DNA of 64,000 bases from Chthoniobacteraceae bacterium (GCA_031409655.1 JANNXQ010000170.1:32001-96000); one strand, 5' to 3'; positions 1 through 10,700 are shown, counted from the stretch's first letter. The notes: generated by a model not told the origin, from the letters alone. Program-made: numbers and translations.

Positions 1-657
1 CAAATGGGTCACACGAGCGCTTGGCACGAACATAACCTTCCAACCGCAATCCCACATACGACGCTCCCAATCCGCCTCCTCGCTATACATGAAAAAGTTC
101 TCGTCGAAGCCACCGACGTCCTGAAAGGCCTTACGCCGGACGAGCATGCACGCTCCGATGACGAACTCTACGGAGCGCACCTCGTCATGCGGCCAGTCGT
201 TGTAGCCACGCGATAGCCAAAGATTCTCTTTCCACGCATGACTAGGGGACGGAAATTTGTAGCAAGATATCTGGAGTGAACCGTCCTTGTTCAGAATGCG
301 TGGGCCTGCCACGCCAGTATCTGGGTGTTCCTGAAGAAACGAAAGCATCTCGTTCACTGCGTTGGGCTCAGGAAAGGCGTCGCTATTTAGCAGAAGAAAA
401 TAGTCGCCTGCTGCTGCCCGCAGGCCTTGGTTGTTCGCCGCACCGAAACCGAGATTGGCTGAGTTTTGAAGGACACAAATGCGCGGGTCCGCGCCACGGA
501 TTGCTTCGACGCTGCCGTCATTCGATCCATTGTCGATAACGATTACTTCCGACGAAATGCCTTCAAGTGCGTCCGATAGAGTAGTCAGGCACTCAAGAGT
601 CAGAGCACGCGTGTTGTAAGACACGATGATGACGGAGAGTAGAGGGGTGGAGTCCAT
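1..657 (-). CDS. GT2 family glycosyltransferase (3' end runs off the window)
   Basis: Not in the ORF track; manual translation from the ATG at 657 gives MDSTPLLSVIIVSYNTR...VIVIDNGSNDGS...NLGFGAANNQG...LLLNSDA...GACMLVRR...GGFDENFFMYSEEADW, open to position 1. Confidence 0.9.
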   Translation of the reverse strand, partial: MDSTPLLSVIIVSYNTRALTLECLTTLSDALEGISSEVIVIDNGSNDGSVEAIRGADPRICVLQNSANLGFGAANNQGLRAAAGDYFLLLNSDAFPEPNAVNEMLSFLQEHPDTGVAGPRILNKDGSLQISCYKFPSPSHAWKENLWLSRGYNDWPHDEVRSVEFVIGACMLVRRKAFQDVGGFDENFFMYSEEADWERRMWDCGWKVMFVPSARVTHL

Positions 658-669
658 TCGGACGATTCG

Positions 670-1893
670 CTATGCAGCCGGGACACAGGATTCGATGACT
701 CGAACTACTTCATCAACCCGACGATCCCATGAGTGCTTGCGAGCTTCCGTGCGCCGCGCCTCGGCAACCTCTCCGCGCTCGCCGAGTGCTTCCTCGATTT
801 TGGTGACGAAGGATTCATGGTCGTTCGCAAGATGGACGAGGTTCGGAAAATCGCGAAAGCCAGGAACTGAAGTCGAGACGATGGGTTTCCCAGCTGCGAG
901 GTATTCCCAAAGCTTGATAGGATTGAGGCTTTCGGTGAATGCGGTCACCCGATGTGGGACGATGCAGACATCAAAGGCGCGCATAAATTCAGGAATCTGA
1001 GAGTAGGGGACGGCTGGAACACGATGGACATTGCCCAACGCATCAAGGCAACCGGCATCCGAAGGAGAGAGGAAGTCCGGGCCAATGAGCACGATGGATC
1101 CATTGGGGTATCTCTTTGCGATGGCGGCAATGAGCGCGACGTCCACCCGGCTTGAGTGAACGGTGCCGGTGTAGCCGAGGATTGGCCGTTTCCACTGCGC
1201 CGCCTCGGCAGGTAAGCCCATGGCGCGATTCAGGACATGTTGATAGTGGGCCGCATGCACTCCGTTCGGGATCAAGTGAAGCCGCTTGGCTAAGGCGCGC
1301 TTCTTTTCGCGGAGTCGTTCGGAACAGACGATGACGGCATCAGCCCTCAGGCAAAGGGCCGCGTCTTGTTCGGTGATCAATTTTACTTCCCGTCGTCCTT
1401 GATCAAGTTCGGTCCAGTCATCTGTGATGTCGTAAATCACCGCGCACTCGTTGAGCTTTCCAACCATCGAGATGCCGAAATGGGGATTCAGCCAAAGCAG
1501 CGGATGGGTCATGCCGAGGTTTGCAGCGACTTCTCGGAGGTGGCGAACGGCCATTGCTTCATTGAAGTGGCGGCAAGGCGCGAGGGAATTTGGCATCCAC
1601 TTTATGGGGCGGGTGACGACGATGTTCGGGTGCTCCGGAACGGAGCAAGTCGCGCTCGCGCTCAGTTCCGCGAACCGTCCGTGGCGGAGGCTGTTCGAAA
1701 TGTCGCGCGGCGGGGCGACAAAGAGAATTTTCGAGCTTTGGAAGCGACGGGAGAGTGCGGCGCAGAGGAATTGATTGCGTCTCCAGACCTCATCCCAGTT
1801 TTCGAGCGAGACGAAGATGATGTCGCAGCCTTGGAAAGCAGGGGCCCCTGGGTTATCCGGAGTCACGATTGCGGCTGAATCCAACACCGTCAC
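670..1893 (-). CDS. GT-B fold (GT4-like) glycosyltransferase
   Basis: VIYDITDDW, LIPNGV, ILGYTG, NPIKLWEYLAAGKPIVST, HSWD motifs. Confidence 0.9.
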   Translation of the reverse strand: MTVLDSAAIVTPDNPGAPAFQGCDIIFVSLENWDEVWRRNQFLCAALSRRFQSSKILFVAPPRDISNSLRHGRFAELSASATCSVPEHPNIVVTRPIKWMPNSLAPCRHFNEAMAVRHLREVAANLGMTHPLLWLNPHFGISMVGKLNECAVIYDITDDWTELDQGRREVKLITEQDAALCLRADAVIVCSERLREKKRALAKRLHLIPNGVHAAHYQHVLNRAMGLPAEAAQWKRPILGYTGTVHSSRVDVALIAAIAKRYPNGSIVLIGPDFLSPSDAGCLDALGNVHRVPAVPYSQIPEFMRAFDVCIVPHRVTAFTESLNPIKLWEYLAAGKPIVSTSVPGFRDFPNLVHLANDHESFVTKIEEALGERGEVAEARRTEARKHSWDRRVDEVVRVIESCVPAA

Positions 1894-2642
1894 AGGTCAA
1901 GAAAAGCGATGATGTCGATCTCTTTAATTTTTGAATGCTTGTACTTTCGTCCCTTGATTGCGGCAAAGAGTGCGTCGCTACATCCACCCACGTAGCCGTC
2001 GTGCAATTCCATGATCATGAGTCTGACTCTGCGCAACCAGTCGCTTCCGTGTTCAAAGAGTACCTTTTCCGCACCTTCAACATCTAGCTTGAGAATATCG
2101 ATGATTTCCGACCCTTCGCTCAGGATGATATCGGAGAGCGTCACGGCGGGGATACCCCCACGGTCGTCTGCGCCTTCCACGACGCGAAAGAGAAAACTCG
2201 CGTCATCGGGATTTTCAATTTTCATCCAACCAGGGCGGTGCCAAATGGCGGCGTGGATTAGTCGGACGTTTGGATAGCCGGAGCAATTCTTCCGGAAAAC
2301 CTCGCAGTTTTTCGCATCGGGTTCGATCGAGATGATTTTGGCATTCGGAAACCGGTTGGCGAACATCGCTGAGGCAAAGCCAACATTGGCACCGCCGTCC
2401 ACGATCAGGCGGGGGTTGCCATTCAGAGCGGGGTCGTAAACCTCACCAAACTTTTTTCCGAAGACTTCGAGGAAGACGTAAAGATCGCCGGAGCGGCAAT
2501 AGAGGGGGTGTTCGATTCCCTCGATACTCAGCGTAATTAGATCGCGGCCACGAAGTTTCTGCGTCGCGATCCCGATGGCGTTTCCGAAACCGAGGTCGCG
2601 CGCATAACGCAGCAAATTGTTGGCCTGTCCGAGTAGTCTCAT
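1890..2642 (-). CDS. FkbM family methyltransferase
   Basis: IVDGGANVG, SIEPD, DILKLDVEGAE; start placed at the ATG of MRLLGQ. Confidence 0.88.
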   Translation of the reverse strand: MRLLGQANNLLRYARDLGFGNAIGIATQKLRGRDLITLSIEGIEHPLYCRSGDLYVFLEVFGKKFGEVYDPALNGNPRLIVDGGANVGFASAMFANRFPNAKIISIEPDAKNCEVFRKNCSGYPNVRLIHAAIWHRPGWMKIENPDDASFLFRVVEGADDRGGIPAVTLSDIILSEGSEIIDILKLDVEGAEKVLFEHGSDWLRRVRLMIMELHDGYVGGCSDALFAAIKGRKYKHSKIKEIDIIAFLDL

Positions 2643-2899
2643 GTGGAGGTGTTCAGCAAAAAGTGCGCGGGCTAGAGTCCCTTTAGGATGGGGTAACTGC
2701 GCAGATACCGGTGGAGTGGGACGTAAAATTGCGCAAAGTGGCGCGGCTTTCGGGAAAGTTTTCCGTTTTTCAATTCGTTTCGGAGTGTTCGCCACGTATC
2801 CCTCGCAAGATAGGGCCGCCACGCGCGCCAGGCCTTCCGTAGGAGTGGCCGCTGCCGGTCGTCGTTTTCGGCGGCGAAAAAGATGGGGTGATGCGTCGT

Positions 2900-3112
2900 C
2901 CGCACGGCGGCGCGGTTGGCGCAGTGGTTTCTCGAATCATCCCGGCTCTGGCTTTCTGCAAGTTTCGCAGTCCCATCAGTGGATCCGTCATCAACAATTT
3001 CGCATTTCCAATCCCCAACCGTTTGCCCTGTGATACTTTGTAAAGTCGTAGGGAGAAACTGGGCAGCGTTGTGCGCCAGAATGGCGATCGTGATGGAGGT
3101 AGAGAGGTTCAA
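2900..3112 (-). pseudogene. N-terminal remnant of a GT2 glycosyltransferase
   Basis: ITIAILAHNAAQFLPTTLQSITGQTVGDWKCEIVDDGSTDGT is a GT2 N-terminus; similarity is lost after about 65 codons with no DxD segment; 3' boundary approximate. Confidence 0.7.
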
Positions 3113-3144
3113 TTCTCCGAGTGGTGATTCCTCGCGGGTTCCGT

Positions 3145-4131
3145 TTACGAAGGCGCAGACGAGAGGGTGATCTGTTCGATAGGCAGAGGTTGGCGAGGCA
3201 TTTCCAAGCGGTCCCGAATTGCTTCGACGACCTCGGCGGTTGCAATCCGTGACATGCACACTCGCTCAAAATCACAGCCGTTGAGGCGCCAGCAGGGAGC
3301 GCAGGGTTCTGGGGAGTAGAGATTGGTATTGGCGCTGTAGCCGGATTGCCATGGCGCTTCACGGCCGCCATAGATGATTATCGACGGGCATTCCACGGCA
3401 CGAGCGAGGTGCATAGGAAATCCGACAGTTCCGACAAAAAGCTGGCTGGAAGCGAGGACGGCGGCGGTCTCGCGGCGTCGGAGTTTTCCGCGGCAATCGA
3501 TCGCGCCATCAAGTTTAGGGTCCGACGCCGAACCGATCTGGATGAATTCCACGGTCTTTCGCAAGGCATTCACCGTTGCCTGGAAACGCTCTGGGAACCA
3601 TTGTTTGTTGAGCATCGGGAGGCGAGCCGCGAGTCCGCTGCTTTGAATGCAGACTTTGCCGTTCGCCCACTGGGCGGCGGCCGTCTCACCGGAGGAAAGA
3701 TGAAGAAAGGGACGCAATGCCACCGGACCATCCAGATCCATACGAAAGCAGAGTTCCGCAATGGCGTGCCTGACCGGAGAAGTCGTGCGGTCGTTGGTGG
3801 GCTCATATTGCGCATACTCCAGATAACGGTAGTTGAGCCGCCATTTTTGGGCGAAACGTTCACACCTCCCTTCGACGGGAAGCACGTGCTGGATGTCGGG
3901 ATTGCCGAGGAAGAGGTCCGGATGGTTTGACATCATCCAAATGTTGCGTTGACCGCGTTTGCTCAACTCGCGAATCAATCCGGTGCAGAGTAGGTCGTCT
4001 CCTGGTGACCTTCCGAAGTAAAGCATCAAGTCCGGCAGACCGTGTCGCAACCGGGTGAGGAGACGAAACGGAGTTTCTGAAACGACGCAACACTGGTGTC
4101 TGGACCACTTCCAAAAATCGATCGCATTCAC
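3145..4131 (-). CDS. GT9 (heptosyltransferase-like) glycosyltransferase
   Basis: SPGDDLL, KQWFPERF, ETAAVLASSQLFVG...MHLARAVECPSIIIYG, CAPCW; GTG start overlaps the upstream TGA (GTGA). Confidence 0.82.
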   Translation of the reverse strand: MNAIDFWKWSRHQCCVVSETPFRLLTRLRHGLPDLMLYFGRSPGDDLLCTGLIRELSKRGQRNIWMMSNHPDLFLGNPDIQHVLPVEGRCERFAQKWRLNYRYLEYAQYEPTNDRTTSPVRHAIAELCFRMDLDGPVALRPFLHLSSGETAAAQWANGKVCIQSSGLAARLPMLNKQWFPERFQATVNALRKTVEFIQIGSASDPKLDGAIDCRGKLRRRETAAVLASSQLFVGTVGFPMHLARAVECPSIIIYGGREAPWQSGYSANTNLYSPEPCAPCWRLNGCDFERVCMSRIATAEVVEAIRDRLEMPRQPLPIEQITLSSAPS

Positions 4132-4958
4132 GAAAGCATTGGGGCGGGGAACTGCTTTACAAGCCCGTGAGTGGAGTAATTGCGGGAGTGGCGGCGTTCC
4201 CGGACATATTGCAGGCAGGGGCGGAAATGGCGCGTGTTTTTGAGCAGGTTTTCCAGTGCGGGACCTGTCTGGAACCATGCGGAGATTGCGGTGAGGCGGC
4301 GAATTGCGGCTTTGAAGAAATGCCGCCGTGGAGTTCCCCGAACAGAGTTCTCCCTATGATAGACAAGATCGGCATCGGCTTGGTCCATCTTCCGCGCTGA
4401 ATCCAACCATTGGGAGTTTATGAGGCGGGCTTCGTTGAGGTGATGCTCAACTTCCGCGTTAAGGGCCGCAGTGATGCGGTAGCCAGCCTGGTGCAGTTGC
4501 AGAGAGAAGAGAGTGTCGTCTCCGAACCGAATGGCCCCGGGCCCGAGTTCTGGAGCAAAGGTGGGAACTTTGAGAAGGACTCTCCGGGCAAAAGCCATAT
4601 TAGCGCTGACCATGCGGCCCGGATCCCGTGGGTGGAGCGTAAAGTTTCACTGGCTTGGTTGCGACGGGGATCACGTCATCTTCAGTGAAAACGATGATGT
4701 CTCCGGTTCCGGCGGCAAGACCGGTATTGCGAGCGGCGGACTGTCCGCCTCGCGGTTCACGCAGATAGCTCACCGGCAGAGTGTTTGCGAGCCGCGGACC
4801 GTGCGCGACGGCTTCAGCGTTCTCGGTCGAGGCATTGTCCACAATCAGGACTATACTCGGGTCGCCGACGGTATCATGACACGACCGAGGGCCGTTAGAG
4901 TCTGGGCTAGCCTCGGTGCCCGATTGCGCGTGCAGATCATGATGGAGATGCGAGTCAA
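4128..4958 (-). pseudogene. Frameshifted GT2 glycosyltransferase
   Basis: Three pieces in switching frames: ISIMICTRNRA...(stop at 4851); VDNASTE...GQSAARNTG...IIVFTEDD; ANMAFARR...GDDTLFS...VEHH. Confidence 0.78.
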
Positions 4959-5953
4959 GCCAAGGGAGTGTTTACGCTGCCACGAAGCGTCTGGCTGAGA
5001 TACGCTTTGAGTTCGTGCTTCCAGCCACGGGCGCGGAGGCGAAGATACCGAACGTTCATCGTTTGGGGCCGGGACGCTGCGGGACTCGAGCGTTTCTCCA
5101 TGATGTCCTTGCAACTCTCAACCATGCGGTGAAAGAGGACTTCTGGTGAAAACCATTCCTCCCAAGCGAGGCGTGCGGCCTTTGCCATTTCCGGGAATCG
5201 AGGTTCCTGACTCGCAATAAACTTGGGCAAGTCCCGAATCCGACGCTCCGGGACGGAGAGCGAAAAATCTGACCAAGCAGGACCGATCGGGCGCGTCCAT
5301 GCGTCGCTAATAATCACCGGGACGCGCCCAGCGGCCATGGTCTCGAAGAGACGAAACGAGGAAGGTCCACTACCTACGGGACAAAGTACGAACTTGGAGC
5401 GCTGGATCACCTCCGCGTAACGGCGTTTTTGTCCGGCCACCGCGTCCGTGTTCGCGCCGAAAAAGCTCAAGTGGCTCGTGTCTTCAATGACCGAGCGTTG
5501 CTCCCGGATCTGCATGATCGCTTTCCTCACGGGATGCCCAAGACGTCCCATGTAGGAGAAAAGAATGTTCGGGGCGGGGGCATCGTCGGTTGACTGTGAA
5601 GCGGTGTTGTTGATGAGCACCAGATAAGAACATGGGCGCTGACGCTGCCAATCGAAGGAGTTTTTGGGCATACTGACGTAAAGACCGGGCATCGCGCACC
5701 AAGGCTGATCCATTTCGTTATAAACGAAGGCACGGTCTCGGTTGCGTCGCACGATGGGGTGCTCACGGATGTCGGTAAGATTGAGGTCCCGGTAGTGCTG
5801 GTGGCCGTCGAGAAAGAGCACGATGTCGGCTGAGTCCGGGTCTTCGACCAGCGTATGAACCCGGAAGCGATCTTGCGCAGCGAGTTTGTGAAAAACCGGC
5901 AGGTATGTTTCCACCTCTTTGGGAGAGATGGCCGTCGTGGCGAAGACTTTCAT
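4955..5953 (-). CDS. Exostosin-family (GT47-like) glycosyltransferase
   Basis: ILFSYMG, SKFVLCPVGSGPSSFRLFETMAAGRVPVIISD signature. Confidence 0.8.
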   Translation of the reverse strand: MKVFATTAISPKEVETYLPVFHKLAAQDRFRVHTLVEDPDSADIVLFLDGHQHYRDLNLTDIREHPIVRRNRDRAFVYNEMDQPWCAMPGLYVSMPKNSFDWQRQRPCSYLVLINNTASQSTDDAPAPNILFSYMGRLGHPVRKAIMQIREQRSVIEDTSHLSFFGANTDAVAGQKRRYAEVIQRSKFVLCPVGSGPSSFRLFETMAAGRVPVIISDAWTRPIGPAWSDFSLSVPERRIRDLPKFIASQEPRFPEMAKAARLAWEEWFSPEVLFHRMVESCKDIMEKRSSPAASRPQTMNVRYLRLRARGWKHELKAYLSQTLRGSVNTPLA

Positions 5954-5998
5954 TGACCGACTTGTTGATCCACGGGCGTGATGCCCGACTCGGGAAAG

Positions 5999-7084
5999 CT
6001 AATGCGCAGCGTGAGCCGGTGACGCAGCACTATCGGAAGTATCCGGTCGAAGCTTTCGGGCGATCGAAATGAGCTTCTTCGCGAATTCCTCGCTGGAGAA
6101 GCTCTCGACCCAAGCGGGCGCCTGGCGGCCGATGTGCGCGAACAGCGCGGGATTGTCCAAGTAGGCGCGAATCTTCTGCCGCAAATCCTCCACATCACCC
6201 GCTGCGTAACCGAGCGCGGATACACCCTCTTCAAAGTAATCGATCATCCCACCGACGCGCGTTGCGATGACCGGCTTTCCGAGCACCATGTTCTCGAGGA
6301 CGACGGTGTGCCCAGAGCCATAGGGGGTTTCAGCGAGCGGATTGATGGTCAACTTCGCCTCTTGATACATCTGCTTGAGCCGCGTGATCGGGACCGCTTG
6401 CAAAACCTCTACCGGCATGCCGGGTTCCCGATGTTTCTCGACGATCGCCGCGTTGTAGGGGTCGGTGACGATAATTAGCTTCTCGTCCTTTGGGAAAGCT
6501 TTCATCAAAGTGGGAAAGTCTTTTGCCTCGTTGGTGCCGACGGCGAGGCAGTAGTCGCCTTGCTTAATTTCGGCATCCGGTTTGAAGAACTCCATGTCGA
6601 CGAGCATGTGCATGAGATGCTGACGATCTTCACGCAGGCCGAACGTCCTCCAGACACTGGCGAGTTCCATCTTAGTCTGCGAGACCATCGCTTCGGCTGC
6701 AGGCAGCACCCAGTTCCACATTCTTTTCCGCATTCCGGAGAGATTGCGCGGATGCATGAGTGCGGTATTGAAGACAATCACGGGAGTTCGGAGGATGCCT
6801 AGTCGCTTCAAGACGAGGGGAGGGAGAGCCGCTGCCTCATTGACGGCGAAGATCGCGTCCACATTCCGCTGCCGCCAGACCGCCGCCAACGCCTGATAGA
6901 TCCGCCAATAGATAGGCTTAGAAAGAAAGCTTCGAAAGAAGCCTGGTCGCTGGATGATCGTCGGCTCGTGACCGGACTTCTTCAGCTCCGCAATCCCGAA
7001 GAGGCGGTGGGATGGCACAGCGCCGCGGGCGTAGTCCGCGACTTCCTTGGACCAATCCACAACAAATAGGAATAATATGCGCAT
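5999..7084 (-). CDS. GT4 family glycosyltransferase
   Basis: VDMEFF, KDFPTL, GHTVVLENMVLGKPVIATRVGG. Confidence 0.88.
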   Translation of the reverse strand: MRILFLFVVDWSKEVADYARGAVPSHRLFGIAELKKSGHEPTIIQRPGFFRSFLSKPIYWRIYQALAAVWRQRNVDAIFAVNEAAALPPLVLKRLGILRTPVIVFNTALMHPRNLSGMRKRMWNWVLPAAEAMVSQTKMELASVWRTFGLREDRQHLMHMLVDMEFFKPDAEIKQGDYCLAVGTNEAKDFPTLMKAFPKDEKLIIVTDPYNAAIVEKHREPGMPVEVLQAVPITRLKQMYQEAKLTINPLAETPYGSGHTVVLENMVLGKPVIATRVGGMIDYFEEGVSALGYAAGDVEDLRQKIRAYLDNPALFAHIGRQAPAWVESFSSEEFAKKLISIARKLRPDTSDSAASPAHAAH

Positions 7085-7274
7085 GAGTGACGGAGACGCT
7101 TAAAAGACAGTAGAGATGTCGAAAGGCTTCGTTCTGGCGGGAACGGACACATTCCAGGAGGCCTGAGTGCGACCAAGTCTGGAAGGATTTAGAGCCGCCA
7201 TAAGTTCGTGAAGCGCGAGCATGCGGTGAAACATCGAAAAGAGGGCCGTCGCGGACCCCAGTTTCTCAAGCGCC

Positions 7275-8468
7275 TTAAACATAGGCGCCGCTGGCGTTTG
7301 TGGTGGAGATGTGGGGGAGTCTGCCCGACTTTCCGGTGACGGCGGATGAATAAATCGAATAAAAGGCTTGGGCAATCTTGGGCCAAGTGAACTCGAGGGC
7401 GCGGCGTCGTCCGTTGTTCGCCAAACGTTCGCGCAAGGGTGCGTCAGTGGTCAATTGACGCAGTGCTGTCGCGAGGGCGGCGACTTCTTCAGGTGGAACG
7501 AGAATCCCAGTTTCGCCGTCGAGGACCACTTCAGGGACGCCGCCGACTCGCGAGGCGATGATGGCCTTGCCTGCAGCCATGGCTTCGAGGTTCACGATGC
7601 CAAATGGCTCCATGCGCGACGGAAGCACGAAGAAGGAGCAACCTTTGAAGAGAGCCACCGTCTTTGACCGATCGGTACGCCCGAGGAAATGCACGCGGTC
7701 CTTCATTCCGACGAATTCGGCGAGTTGGCAAAGGGCGGCGTGTTCTGGGCCTTCGCCCGCGAAGAGTAAGTCGTGAGACTGAAGGTCTGCTTCCGCAAAA
7801 GCCCGGATAAGAACATCGAAGCCTTTCTGTTTAACCATTCGGCCGATCGCGAAGACGTAAGGTCGGGGGTGCGAGTAAGGAGCGCTGCACTCGAAGTCGT
7901 CCAGGCGGATGCCGTTGTACATGACCGATGATTTCGATCCGAAGGGTTGCCCCCACCATTGCTCAAGATCCGCGAGGGTGTCTCTGGAACAGGCAGTGAC
8001 GGCTGTTGATTGGGCAACAAGTTCGCGCAGAGTGCGGTTGAACGAAGGCAGGCGGTCGTAGATGCCCTGTGCATCCATGGTTCGTTCCCCTTGGACGGAA
8101 AGCACGAGGGGCAGGCCAAGCGCTTTCTTCGCGGCGAGTGCGTAGTAGCCATTGCTGCTCGCGCACTGTACATGGATAACTTCGGAACGGTGGCGTCGAA
8201 GGATGCGGAGCATCTGCCAGCGGGTGAAGGGATAGGTGAGGGCGTGGACCAAGCGAACTCGCAGATTCCAGTCGGGCATCCGCATGGCCAAGCGATAGAC
8301 AGGGATGCCTTCGTAGAGTTCATAACCGGGGAGTGAGCGCGGCCAACGATTTGTGAGAATGATGGGAGCGATGCCTTGCTGCACATACTCGTGACAGAGT
8401 TGCCGAACGAGTTCTTCGACGCCGCCAGTGTGCGGATAGAAGGCGCTTGCGAAGATCGCTACGTTCAT
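7275..8468 (-). CDS. GT4 family glycosyltransferase
   Basis: FYPHTGGVE, GRMVKQKGFD, EPFGIVNLEAMAAGKAIIASRVGGVPEVV; start at MNVAIF. Confidence 0.92.
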   Translation of the reverse strand: MNVAIFASAFYPHTGGVEELVRQLCHEYVQQGIAPIILTNRWPRSLPGYELYEGIPVYRLAMRMPDWNLRVRLVHALTYPFTRWQMLRILRRHRSEVIHVQCASSNGYYALAAKKALGLPLVLSVQGERTMDAQGIYDRLPSFNRTLRELVAQSTAVTACSRDTLADLEQWWGQPFGSKSSVMYNGIRLDDFECSAPYSHPRPYVFAIGRMVKQKGFDVLIRAFAEADLQSHDLLFAGEGPEHAALCQLAEFVGMKDRVHFLGRTDRSKTVALFKGCSFFVLPSRMEPFGIVNLEAMAAGKAIIASRVGGVPEVVLDGETGILVPPEEVAALATALRQLTTDAPLRERLANNGRRRALEFTWPKIAQAFYSIYSSAVTGKSGRLPHISTTNASGAYV

Positions 8469-8505
8469 GGATAGAGCCAGGCCAAGGGCCGACGAAGACG
8501 GCTGG

Positions 8506-9549
8506 TCACGCGATGTGCGGAGCGGCCGTGCTCGGGGCTTCCGAGGCATAGAGCGCTTCGTAGTCGTCGCACACCCGGTCCCAGGCGAAATCGCGAGCGC
8601 GAAGAAGTCCGGCGCGACGCATCCGGTCGCGGAGGACACTATCGGTCAAGACGCGGACGATGGTGGGGGCGAGATCTTCGTCTGCGCAGAGGATGCCGGC
8701 CCGGCCGTCATCGGTCACTTCGCACGCGCCGACATTGGGCGTCGCGACCACCGCAGTGCCAGAGGCCATCGCTTCAATATACGGCACGCCGAAGCCTTCG
8801 TAGCTGCTGGGGAGACAAAAGACCCAGGCGCGCTGATAGAGATCGGTCAGCTTTTCAAGAGCGACACGGCCGAACCACCGCACGCCTACGCCGCTGACTT
8901 CTTCTTCGCAGACAGCCCAAAACTCCGCGTTGGGAACTCGCGGCCGGATCTCATTCTTAAAAAGATCGAGTAACATTGCTCCCCGTTTCCGGCCGTGCAT
9001 CGTGCCAACAAAGAGGAGGGCGGGATTGGTGGATTTTTCTTCACCCGGACGGAAAACATCGAGGTCCACGCCATTGGGAATAACAAGTTTTGCGAAGGGA
9101 TTGTAGCGGCGGGTATTTGCGGAGACTGCGACGACTTCATCGGCAAGGAAGCAGGCCGAAAACTCTCCGATCGCCAGCGCCGCCATGCGAAGTCGCGACT
9201 TGAAGCCCGTGGCGTGGAGCATCTCGGCCAGGCACGAACCGTGGAGGGTGTGAACGTGGCGGGGTAACTTGCATCCCCAGAGGAACCAATCGTCACCGTG
9301 AGCGTGGAGGAGGTCGAACTTTGAAAAATCATAACGCCGCAAAGCCCAGGCGAATCCAAAGGTGCGCAAACGACGCCCCGAAGGCACGACGACCACCTCA
9401 TACTGAGCGTCAGCAGGGGCTGCGGTCTGGCTGAAGACCGTGACGCGATGTCCGCGTGCGACCAGCTTATTGGCAAAGGCATCGACGACGTATCCGACGC
9501 CGATTTTGCTGCCTGTCGGCAGATACAAGGAGGTGATTGCGATATTCAA
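8506..9549 (-). CDS. GT4 family glycosyltransferase
   Basis: IPNGVD, YEGFGVPYIEAMASGTAVV; TTG start overlaps the upstream TGA. Confidence 0.9.
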   Translation of the reverse strand: MNIAITSLYLPTGSKIGVGYVVDAFANKLVARGHRVTVFSQTAAPADAQYEVVVVPSGRRLRTFGFAWALRRYDFSKFDLLHAHGDDWFLWGCKLPRHVHTLHGSCLAEMLHATGFKSRLRMAALAIGEFSACFLADEVVAVSANTRRYNPFAKLVIPNGVDLDVFRPGEEKSTNPALLFVGTMHGRKRGAMLLDLFKNEIRPRVPNAEFWAVCEEEVSGVGVRWFGRVALEKLTDLYQRAWVFCLPSSYEGFGVPYIEAMASGTAVVATPNVGACEVTDDGRAGILCADEDLAPTIVRVLTDSVLRDRMRRAGLLRARDFAWDRVCDDYEALYASEAPSTAAPHIA

Positions 9550-10691
9550 GATAGGATTCTTTCGAGTTTCTCCGCACATGCAGACCATGGCGAACGGCGG
9601 GCGCGGGCAACACACTTCTGCTTCTCGCGCTTTAAGAGTTGGGAATCAGTGGCGAGGGAACGAAGCGCAGTGACCACGCTTTCCAAGTCATCCGGATTCA
9701 CCGCAAGGCCTGCTCCGCCGCAGGCTTCTGGAAGTCCGCCGCGGGTGGAGGCGATGACGACGCATCCGCTGGCCATGGCTTCGAGCGAGACGAGCGAGAA
9801 CGGTTCATTGGACCGGGAGAGCACGGCGACGACATCGTGCTGGCGGCAAAGTTCCGGCACAGCGGCACGCTCGACGTGGCCGAGGTAACGTGCCCCGGCC
9901 TTATCCATCTTCGCCTTTAACTCGCGGAAGTAGGGGTTCTCCATCTCTTTCCCGTGTCCGTAAAACCAGAGGCCACCAGCGACGGTGAGGGAGACGCGCA
10001 AGCCCTCCTCACGAAGGGCAGCGACCGCATCAGCGATGATGTCGGGGCCTTTGTTTGGGTCAATACGACCCAGGAAAAGCACGCGGAGTTCGTCCCGGGG
10101 TTCGAGGAAGTCAGCGCGCGGATGGAATTCGCTCGCGTCCACTCCGTTGTGCGCAGTGGTGATTGATTCTGCGGGAATTCGGTGCGCCTTTGCCGTCCAT
10201 TCCCGGATGTAGTCACTGCACGTCACAAAGGCATCCGTATGGGCGACCGTTTCGGAGATGCAATGGCGGGTGCGCCATTCATTGTGCAGCCAGACGACCA
10301 CCTTCGTGTTCGGTAGGGTGCGCTTGACGCATTTGGAAGAGGCGAGATCGTTAAAAAGCACGACGGCATCTGGGGGAACCACAAATCGCGCCAGCGCCTC
10401 GGTAAAGGAGCGGAGGTAATAGCCAAAGTAGGGCCAATCCCAATCCCTCCACTTGCTCATCGCGGCAGACCAGCGCCGCTGGAGGAAGTGCAGATCATTG
10501 CGATCCTTGCCTTCAATGGGGACAACTTCGCCGACTTGGTAGCGTTCGTCGGCGTTGATTCTGGTGAGGACGGTGACTTGGTGGCCCCGGCTGAGGAGTT
10601 CCCTGGCGGTCTGCATGATCACGGTGGCGATCGCTCCACCGGAGACGGGAGAGTAAAATTCGATCGGCATATTCACGAAACAGATGTGCAT
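9546..10691 (-). CDS. GT4 family glycosyltransferase
   Basis: HNGVD, FLGRIDPNKG, EPFSLVSLEAMASG. Confidence 0.92.
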   Translation of the reverse strand: MHICFVNMPIEFYSPVSGGAIATVIMQTARELLSRGHQVTVLTRINADERYQVGEVVPIEGKDRNDLHFLQRRWSAAMSKWRDWDWPYFGYYLRSFTEALARFVVPPDAVVLFNDLASSKCVKRTLPNTKVVVWLHNEWRTRHCISETVAHTDAFVTCSDYIREWTAKAHRIPAESITTAHNGVDASEFHPRADFLEPRDELRVLFLGRIDPNKGPDIIADAVAALREEGLRVSLTVAGGLWFYGHGKEMENPYFRELKAKMDKAGARYLGHVERAAVPELCRQHDVVAVLSRSNEPFSLVSLEAMASGCVVIASTRGGLPEACGGAGLAVNPDDLESVVTALRSLATDSQLLKREKQKCVARARRSPWSACAEKLERILS

Positions 10692-10700
10692 CAGTCGGCG

